Shown in pieces: positions 57,122 through 64,000 of a stretch of DNA of 64,000 nucleotides; the stretch's first letter is position 1; each line of letters starts with the position of its first letter. The position numbers and the translations under genes were made by a program. The notes under the pieces were generated by a model that was not told the DNA's origin, ran no database searches, and saw only the letters and a program-made list of their open reading frames with translations. Location: assembly GCA_030427255.1 (NCBI GenBank), contig JAUHWY010000005.1:23776-87775 (forward strand), written 5' to 3'. This DNA comes from Bacteroidia bacterium (lineage in GTDB: Bacteria; Bacteroidota; Bacteroidia; CAIKAF01).

Positions 57122-58399
57122 ATGCCCACCGAAGCGCTTAGGAAAAAAGCCCAACAACTTGATTCAGAAGACACTTTAGCGGACTTCAGAAACCGTTTTG
57201 AGTGGCCTCAACCTAAGGGCGTACCGGTGATTTATTTTACCGGAAACTCTTTGGGCCTAATGCCCAAAGCGGTTCGAAAGGCTATCCAAGAGGAGTTGGA
57301 CTTATGGGCCTCCTTTGGGGTAGAAGGTCATTTTGAAGGCCCACACCCCTGGTACAGCTACCACCTGGATCTCAAACCCGGACTTGCTGAGCTTTGCGGA
57401 GCCTTGGAAGAGGAAGTAACCCCTATGGCTTCCCTTACTCAAAACCTGCACTTCCTTTTGGCCAATTTTTACAGACCCCAAGGCAAGCGCACCAAAATCT
57501 TGTGCGAAGGCAGCTCTTTCCCCTCCGATTTTTATATGCTCGACTCGCAAGTCCGTTGGCACAACCTTAGTCCGGAGCAAGAAATTATAGAACTTCAGCC
57601 TCGAAAAGGAGAAACCTACCTGCGTACCCAAGACATTTTAGATCAGATTGAGGGCCTCGGCGAAGAATTGGCGTTGGTTTTGATGGGCGGAGTAAACTAC
57701 CTGACCGGCCAACGCTTCCAAATGCAAGAAATAACAGAAGCCGGTCATAAGGCAGGGGCTATCGTTGGCTTTGACCTAGCGCATGCCATGGGTAATGTGC
57801 CTCTAATGCTCCACGACTGGAAGGTGGATTTTGCCGCTTGGTGCACCTACAAATACCTAAATAGCGGACCTGGAGCAACAGCCGGATTGTTTGTACATAA
57901 AAAACACCACGGCAACACTCCCTATCGCTTGGAGGGTTGGTGGAGCAACAAAGCCAACAACCGTTTCAAAATGGAACGAATTATAGACCCGGAACCTAGC
58001 GCAGACGGGTGGCAACTGAGCAATGCTCCCGTTATGAATATGGCGGCCCAGCGTGTTTCCTTGGCCTTATTTCAGGAAGCCGGCTTAGATAACTTGCACA
58101 AAAAAAGGGAGGCCCTAAACCTTTTCTTGTTCGAAAACTTAGAAGCGCTAAAGGCTCTTTTTCCTAACGAAGGTCTTGGGTCGCTCACTCCTCATGAGCT
58201 GAGCCAAAGAGGATGCCAAACCTCCCTGGTTTGTGGAGAAAAAGGCCGTGCCCTGTTTGAGTTTTTGGAGTCAAACCATGTGATTGCTGATTGGCGATGG
58301 CCCAACGTTATTCGGGTTGCTCCTGTACCTCTTTACAACTCTTTCTCCGATATATGGTCATTCTTCGACATTACACGACGGTTTTTTGTATCCTCTTAA
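57122..58399 (+). CDS. kynU: Kynureninase
   Basis: GNSLGLMP, FPSD, FDLAHA.GN, WCTYKYLNSGPG and RVAPVPLYN motifs. Confidence 0.97.
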   Translation: MPTEALRKKAQQLDSEDTLADFRNRFEWPQPKGVPVIYFTGNSLGLMPKAVRKAIQEELDLWASFGVEGHFEGPHPWYSYHLDLKPGLAELCGALEEEVTPMASLTQNLHFLLANFYRPQGKRTKILCEGSSFPSDFYMLDSQVRWHNLSPEQEIIELQPRKGETYLRTQDILDQIEGLGEELALVLMGGVNYLTGQRFQMQEITEAGHKAGAIVGFDLAHAMGNVPLMLHDWKVDFAAWCTYKYLNSGPGATAGLFVHKKHHGNTPYRLEGWWSNKANNRFKMERIIDPEPSADGWQLSNAPVMNMAAQRVSLALFQEAGLDNLHKKREALNLFLFENLEALKALFPNEGLGSLTPHELSQRGCQTSLVCGEKGRALFEFLESNHVIADWRWPNVIRVAPVPLYNSFSDIWSFFDITRRFFVSS

Positions 58400-58851
58400 G
58401 CGGCCTTTGCCTTAACGCACAAGAAGTGCCCGAATGGGATTTTGCCGACTTTGAAAGGCAAAGTCAGCAAAGATCAGACACCCTACAGGTGTATAACTTT
58501 TGGGCCACGTGGTGTGCCCCCTGCGTTAAGGAACTCCCTTATTTTGAAGCCCTTGCCAAGGAATGGACACAAAGTCCCATTCGGGTATGGTACCTAAGCC
58601 TGGATTTTCCAAAGGCCTATCCGGAACGACTTATCACCTTTATTAAAGACAAAGGCCTGAAACAAACGGTTGTTTGGCTGAATGCTGCGGGAGAAAACAC
58701 CTGGATTCCCAAAGTTAACCCCGATTGGTCGGGGGCTATACCGGCTACTTTTGTGGTACCACCCGGTAAGGGGAAACCCTTTTTTGCAGAACGCGCTTTC
58801 GATTCCAAAGAGGAATTGATACATTGGATGCAACAGAACATAAATCCATAA
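58354..58851 (+). CDS. TlpA/ResA-like thioredoxin-fold protein
   Basis: NFWATWCAPCVKELP and WSGAIPAT motifs; signal peptide. Confidence 0.9.
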   Translation: MVILRHYTTVFCILLSGLCLNAQEVPEWDFADFERQSQQRSDTLQVYNFWATWCAPCVKELPYFEALAKEWTQSPIRVWYLSLDFPKAYPERLITFIKDKGLKQTVVWLNAAGENTWIPKVNPDWSGAIPATFVVPPGKGKPFFAERAFDSKEELIHWMQQNINP

Positions 58852-58861
58852 ACATAGTCCT

Positions 58862-59545
58862 ATGCATATTGCCTTAATTCTTTCCGGATCCGGAGTATTC
58901 GACGGTGCTGAAATACACGAAACTGTTCTAAGCTTATTGGCAATTGAAGAAGCTGGCCATACTTGGCAGGCCTATGCTCCCGACACTCCCCAGTTGCATG
59001 TTATAAATCACATTACCGGGGAAGAAATGTCCGAACAGCGAAATGTGCTTATTGAGTCTGCCCGCATAACACGCGGAAAAATAGAACCCTTACACGCCTT
59101 AGATGTAGCTAAGGTGGACGCCCTTTTTCTGCCCGGAGGCTTTGGCGCAGCAAAAAACCTAACCGACTGGGCCATTAAAGGTCCGGAAAGCAACATTCAC
59201 CAAGAACTAAAAACCCATATTCAACAGGCTTGGAAACTTGGCAAACCTTTAGTGGCCTTATGCATGGCTCCGGTGGTTTTGGGAAAAGCCTTAGAAGGTA
59301 TTCCGGAAGCAAAACTTAAGCTTTCCGTAGGAACCCAAAGCGCACCTAGTCCATACGATATTGCCGGAATTCACCAAGGACTCGAAAGCCTAGGCATGGC
59401 TTCGGAAGAGGTAAACAACCCTCAAGTATCTATCGATCGAAAAAATAAAGTAGTAACCGGCCCCTGTTACATGATGGAGGCTGGCATAACCGACATTCTT
59501 GCCACCGCCAGAGCGGCCGTAAAAGCCATGGAAACCCTTAGCTAA
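58862..59545 (+). CDS. elbB: ElbB / ES1-family glyoxalase (DJ-1/PfpI superfamily)
   Basis: LSGSGVFDGAEIHE, RNVLIESARI.RG and PGGFGAAKNL motifs. Confidence 0.93.
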   Translation: MHIALILSGSGVFDGAEIHETVLSLLAIEEAGHTWQAYAPDTPQLHVINHITGEEMSEQRNVLIESARITRGKIEPLHALDVAKVDALFLPGGFGAAKNLTDWAIKGPESNIHQELKTHIQQAWKLGKPLVALCMAPVVLGKALEGIPEAKLKLSVGTQSAPSPYDIAGIHQGLESLGMASEEVNNPQVSIDRKNKVVTGPCYMMEAGITDILATARAAVKAMETLS

Positions 59546-60381
59546 TGCAACAAGAAGGCTTTTTTAAAACACCCGACGGAACCTCTTTATATTGGAACTC
59601 CGAAGGTCCCGAAAACCCAAGATTTGTGCTTTGGATGGTGCATGGCATGGGAGAACACTCGGGCCGGTACCAAAACCTTAGAAAGGCATTTATCAGCAGG
59701 GGTGGCCTTTGCGTTGGATTTGACCTACGCGGGCATGGCAAGTCCTCCGGAAAAAGAGGCCATGCCTTAAGTCTGGATCAATTGTGTGGCGACATTCAAG
59801 CGCTTTATGAGCACAAACAAAAAGACTTTGGCGGACTGCCGCTGCTGGGCTTTGGCCACAGCTTAGGAGGACAATTAATCCTTCACTGGCAGCTGAATCA
59901 TGGTGGCGCACTTAACGCCATTATGGTTTCTGCTCCCTACTTGGCTTTAGCCTTTGAACCTCCGGCATGGAAAGTAGCTCTGGGTAAGTGGGCCGCCCGT
60001 GTTTGGCCCTCCTTTAGCCAAGCCACCGGTTTGGAAACTGCCGCGCTTTGTAAAGACCAGAAAGTGGTAGAGGCTTACAAAAGAGACCCTTTGGTGCACG
60101 ACAAAATCTCGGCGTCCATGTTTCTTAGCATTCACTTGGGCGGTGCTTCCCTATTGGAAAAAGCCTCATCTGTGCAGCTGCCCCTACTTTTGGGCCATGG
60201 AACTGCCGACAGGATTACCTCGGAAGCTGCAAGTCGAGACTTTGCAGCCCGTTGCAAAGCAGCAGAGTATTGGACCATGGAAGGTGGCTTTCATGAGCTA
60301 CACCACGAACCGGAGCAGCAAATTTGGTTTGACCGACTGCTTGTATTTACAGAGAATCAATTGGGAAACCCGGCCCACTGA
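59545..60381 (+). CDS. Alpha/beta hydrolase (lysophospholipase / monoacylglycerol lipase-like)
   Basis: HGMGEHSGRY, DLRGHG, GHSLGG, HGTAD and HELHHE motifs. Confidence 0.92.
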   Translation: MQQEGFFKTPDGTSLYWNSEGPENPRFVLWMVHGMGEHSGRYQNLRKAFISRGGLCVGFDLRGHGKSSGKRGHALSLDQLCGDIQALYEHKQKDFGGLPLLGFGHSLGGQLILHWQLNHGGALNAIMVSAPYLALAFEPPAWKVALGKWAARVWPSFSQATGLETAALCKDQKVVEAYKRDPLVHDKISASMFLSIHLGGASLLEKASSVQLPLLLGHGTADRITSEAASRDFAARCKAAEYWTMEGGFHELHHEPEQQIWFDRLLVFTENQLGNPAH

Positions 60382-60506
60382 CCGGTACGGAAAGCCCCCG
60401 GAAAACAAATCCATTGGCGGCAGGAGTTTGGGCGTGGCGCGCAGCAAACGCCCCAAAGGACTATGCCGCCAAAGGATTTGGTGACGGGGCTTGAAGGGAG
60501 GGCAGG
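60382..60506 (+). repeat. Intergenic palindromic element (Flavo-1-like), copy H
   Basis: CGGAAAGCCCC...GGGGCTTGAAG around a hairpin with a GCGCAGCAAAC apex. Confidence 0.55.
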
Positions 60507-60590
60507 TTTTTTCGGCCTTCCATAATTTTTAAATATACGAAAACGAGGAGGAGTTGGTACTGGAAAGAGAAAGGCCGAAAAAGGGCCCAT

Positions 60591-60622
60591 AAAAAAACCC
60601 CTTGCTACACTTAACAAGGGGT
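60591..60622 (-). terminator. Intrinsic terminator (minus strand)
   Basis: ACCCCTTG/CAAGGGGT stem followed by a T run on the minus strand. Confidence 0.8.
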
Positions 60623-60790
60623 CGGAATTGGTTTATTTTGACGGGATAAATAAAACCTCAGGTCCGGCGGCTATATTGTAAACAAACCAAGGTTTGCAAA
60701 TCAGGGGTGGTTTAAGAAGATAAGCCACCGGCCCTTAAGGTTTCCTCCCACTATGAAACTTATTCAAAAGAACATTTTGCCTTTACGCAT
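60591..60790 (-). ncRNA. Candidate small RNA (~200 nt)
   Basis: Promoter-like TAATTTAG (60793-60800), a ~20-bp stem (60652-60672 with 60723-60743), a terminator, and no credible ORF. Confidence 0.4.
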
Positions 60791-60880
60791 GTCTAAATTA
60801 CGCTATTCCGGCTATGTTCCTACGTGGTTTTATTATGCTCGTTGTTTAAATGAGCATACCTCGACATTCTATTAGAATTG

Positions 60881-61636
60881 CTAAATATTCCCTAGCGCAT
60901 TCAAAAAGTTCTCTTTGTAACTTTTGGACAAAGGCACATTGCTTCCATCGGTCAAGATTACATAGCCTCCGTCGCTTTTTTGGTATTGAGACACCTGTTC
61001 CAAATTAATAACATGCGACTGGTGCACGCGAACAAACCCTTGGTCTGCGAGCATTTCGTCGTATTCCTTAAGGGTTTTTGAAACCAAAATTTCACGGCCC
61101 TGGGTCAAGTAAAAAGTAGTGTAATTGGATTGGGACTGGAGGCGAATAATTTCAGAAAGCAGAAAGTACTGAATGCCGCCTTGGCCCGGAAGTCCAATTT
61201 TCTTCATTTTCCGGTCTTGGCCCGAAAGGTTGTTCATTAGGTTTTCGAGCCGTTGATTGATTTGGCTTTGCTTAATTCTTGCTTCGGCGCGCGAAATGGC
61301 CAGTGCCAGCTCATCGATGTCGATGGGTTTGAGCAGGTAGTCAACGGCCGAGAATTTAAAGGCCTTTACGGCGTAGTGATTAAATGCAGTAGTAAAAATT
61401 ACTTCTGTAGCACCTCCGGAGATTTTTTCCAGCACATCAAAGCCGGAACCTTCCCCAATTTCAATATCCAAAAACAAAATATCGGGCACTTTTTGGCGAA
61501 CCTCCTCCACAGCAGCCGAAACATTGTCGGCTTGCCCAATCACCTCCACGTTAGGGCAATGCTCCGAAAGAAGGATGGAAAGGTTTTCTCTGGCGTTTTG
61601 CTCATCGTCTACAATTACGGCCCGTAGCTTATTCAT
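60881..61636 (-). CDS. LytR/AlgR-family response regulator
   Basis: Receiver domain (IVDDE, FLDIE, FTTAF, DYLLKP) and LytTR domain (FVRVHQSHVIN). Confidence 0.96.
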   Translation of the reverse strand: MNKLRAVIVDDEQNARENLSILLSEHCPNVEVIGQADNVSAAVEEVRQKVPDILFLDIEIGEGSGFDVLEKISGGATEVIFTTAFNHYAVKAFKFSAVDYLLKPIDIDELALAISRAEARIKQSQINQRLENLMNNLSGQDRKMKKIGLPGQGGIQYFLLSEIIRLQSQSNYTTFYLTQGREILVSKTLKEYDEMLADQGFVRVHQSHVINLEQVSQYQKSDGGYVILTDGSNVPLSKSYKENFLNALGNI

Positions 61637-62295
61637 GAAAATGCATTTTGAGATGGTTGGCCTACAAATGGATTAAATTTCCTTTCCCGCCCAATGGTGG
61701 TGCTGGGTCCATGGCCGGGATATACCTGCATATCGTCGGGGTACGAAAATAACCCTTTTCGAATGCTTTTCAATAAAGTTTCGTGATCTCCACCGGGCAA
61801 ATCTGAACGCCCTATGCTGTCGTAAAACAACAAATCTCCGCTCACCATAAATCCCTGAACCCCATGAATTAAAGCCACATGGTCGGGGGCGTGTCCGGGC
61901 AAATGAGGCACTTCGAAATGCTCGCCTAACCATTGCTCACCGGCGGCATGATCAAAAAAGAAATCAGGCTTTGGACAGTGTACCGGAGGCAGGCCATACA
62001 TGCGGCATATGTCCGGCAAAGACTCAATAAGCGGAAGGGATGCTTTGGAAGCCCGCAGAGGGATTTTATACGTACGGCAAAGCCAATCTACCCCCAGCAC
62101 ATGGTCAATATGGGCATGGGTAAGCCAAACTTCGTTGGGTATTAGTTGGTTCTTATCCAAAAACTGCAGCAAATGTTGCTGCTCTTGAGCATTGGAACAA
62201 CCGGGGTCTACCACCAAGCAGTTCCCTGAACTGTGGCTTATGACCCAAGTATTTTCTTGGAACGGATTAAAAACGTGAACGTCAAGTTTGAGCAT
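61633..62295 (-). CDS. MBL-fold metallo-hydrolase (glyoxalase II-like)
   Basis: THAHIDH, PGHAPD, SGDLLF and YPGHG motifs. Confidence 0.93.
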   Translation of the reverse strand: MLKLDVHVFNPFQENTWVISHSSGNCLVVDPGCSNAQEQQHLLQFLDKNQLIPNEVWLTHAHIDHVLGVDWLCRTYKIPLRASKASLPLIESLPDICRMYGLPPVHCPKPDFFFDHAAGEQWLGEHFEVPHLPGHAPDHVALIHGVQGFMVSGDLLFYDSIGRSDLPGGDHETLLKSIRKGLFSYPDDMQVYPGHGPSTTIGRERKFNPFVGQPSQNAFS

Positions 62296-62338
62296 TGTGG
62301 TCTGCCTTAGACTTCGATAAACTTACAAAATAGTCTTG

Positions 62339-64000
62339 TCATTGAAAGGTAACCACCATTTTACGCACTCTTTCTTCCAAAGATTCGTTCGAAAAGCGTT
62401 CCCTTATGCGCTCCACCATTATTGGAAAAGCAAAAGGGCTTGGTTTTTCTAAGGTTATTTGGCACTTTTCCTGACTTTGTATTCGCTCCAAAGCACTTTT
62501 TAGACGCTCTTGCTCCAATTGAAATTCATATACTTCTTCATAGGCTTGCCGCAACAACACATGGTGGGGAGCCTGCTCCCGAAAAACTTCAAAAAACAGT
62601 TTTGAGCTTGACTGCAAGTGCTTGTCGGCTTTAGTCTTTCCCGGGTAGCCTTGAAACACCAAACCACTGACACGAGCTATGTCCCTAAATTTTCGACCGG
62701 CCATTTCGGTGTCGTTTATGCTGGCCTGTATGTCTTGCAGTAAATGTCGCGTGTCAAATACCTGCCATGCATCCAAGGCTTCCCAAGGCAATTCTTGATC
62801 GCTCAGCAGTTCCAAGCCATAATCGTTCATGGCTATGGAAAAGCTGATGTTTTTGTGCCTTCCTATTCTCCAAGCCAAAAGGGATGCCATGCCCTCATGC
62901 ACAAAACGCCCCTCAAAGGGAAACAAAAACAAATGCCAGCCTTCTTTGGTATGCACTTTTTCCATCAAAAACTGATTGGGGCCGGGAATTACTGACCGTT
63001 GCTTTTGGACTGAAAACAAAGGCTTTAATGCTTGAATTTCCGGATGCAGCGCATTGGTCGCCGAAAGTTGTTGCCTTAGCAAGCTGCCCAACTGCGAAGA
63101 CAAGGGCATTCGTCCGCCCTGCCAACTGGGAACCAGCCCCTTAGTGGAAGTACTTCGCCTTACCTGCACTTGCATATCTCGCAAGCGCACAAACTCTAAG
63201 GGTTTTCCTGCCAACCAAAACACATCTCCCGTTTTGAGTTTTGAAACAAACCACTCCTCAGCATGACCAATTTTACCTCCACCCACATAAACCACGGGAA
63301 GCATTTGATCGCTGGTAATGGTACCTATCGACAAGCGGTGGCGCATGGCCACTCTACGGCTTTCTACCACATACTTTCCTTCCTTAACCACCACTTTGTG
63401 GTATTCGTCGTAGGCATGCAGTCCGGGCCCTCCGGTTACTATAAAATCCAAAACCTGATCGTATTCCTCCATACTCATGCTCTCGAAACTAGCGGTACCT
63501 TGCACCTCACGCATGGTTTGCCTAGGCTCAAATCCCTCCGAAACAGCAAGAGTAACCAGGTATTGAATGAGCACATCAAACGAACGGATATATGGAACCC
63601 TACGTTCATGAGCTTGAGCAGATATGGCCTCCCGCAAAGCCGCTCCCTCTAAAATTTCTAAGGAGTGGGTTGGCACAAAATATATTCTACTCAAAGCCCC
63701 GGGGCTGTGTCCCGAGCGTCCGGCCCTTTGAATGAAGCGGCTTACCCCTTTGGGGCCGCCTACCTGAATCACCGTGTCCACCGGCCTAAAATCAACCCCT
63801 AAATCCAAACTCCCTGTGCAAACCACCAACTTTAGCTTGCCTTCGTGTAACGCATCCTCTACCCAATGCCGCAATTCCCGACTAACCGAACCATGATGCA
63901 TAGCCATTCTCCCGGCTAAGTCGGGTGCCACTTCCAACAGTCTTTGGTACCAAATCTCAGACTGAGCTCGGGTATTGGTGAAAACCAAACAGGTATGGGA
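62339..64000 (-). CDS. Lhr-like ligase-associated DNA damage response DEXH-box helicase (5'-truncated)
   Basis: FTNTRAQSE, HHGS, CTGSLDLGVDF, QRAGRSGH and PSWQGGRMPLS motifs. Confidence 0.92.
   Translation of the reverse strand, partial: SHTCLVFTNTRAQSEIWYQRLLEVAPDLAGRMAMHHGSVSRELRHWVEDALHEGKLKLVVCTGSLDLGVDFRPVDTVIQVGGPKGVSRFIQRAGRSGHSPGALSRIYFVPTHSLEILEGAALREAISAQAHERRVPYIRSFDVLIQYLVTLAVSEGFEPRQTMREVQGTASFESMSMEEYDQVLDFIVTGGPGLHAYDEYHKVVVKEGKYVVESRRVAMRHRLSIGTITSDQMLPVVYVGGGKIGHAEEWFVSKLKTGDVFWLAGKPLEFVRLRDMQVQVRRSTSTKGLVPSWQGGRMPLSSQLGSLLRQQLSATNALHPEIQALKPLFSVQKQRSVIPGPNQFLMEKVHTKEGWHLFLFPFEGRFVHEGMASLLAWRIGRHKNISFSIAMNDYGLELLSDQELPWEALDAWQVFDTRHLLQDIQASINDTEMAGRKFRDIARVSGLVFQGYPGKTKADKHLQSSSKLFFEVFREQAPHHVLLRQAYEEVYEFQLEQERLKSALERIQSQEKCQITLEKPSPFAFPIMVERIRERFSNESLEERVRKMVVTFQ

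Overview
A 64-kb chromosomal segment of a Bacteroidota bacterium, inferred from TAnnTTTG -7 promoters, type IX secretion C-terminal domains and the glycogen synthase-DUF4270-glmS and IPExxxVDY-pyk gene orders. Most of it is housekeeping: glmS, sodA, mlaEF, purF, fabD, folE, pyk, cysS, rimP-nusA-infB, pruA, gcvP, kynU, elbB and an Lhr-like helicase. No rRNA, tRNA, CRISPR array, transposase or prophage was seen. The most notable locus is 15380-17631: three tandem 55-codon genes (two absent from the ORF track) encode hydrophobic-leader peptides that all end in IIVDELQH, and they sit divergently from a ~520-aa cytoplasmic helical-repeat protein. This layout resembles an RRNPP-type peptide-receptor signalling module, which is established in Firmicutes and which I do not know from Bacteroidota; the functional reading is inference only. 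Other accessory features are a 438-bp element bounded by inverted repeats and carrying a structured-RNA candidate, five exported proteins with an ALK/LTK- or gp38-like glycine-rich domain, a HAD phosphatase-NeuB-desaturase-SMR-SMR operon, a GxxExxY gene flanked by 10-11-bp repeats, about nine Flavo-1-like intergenic palindromes, and a candidate sRNA behind a LytTR regulator. All calls come from reading the sequence by eye; no searches were run.
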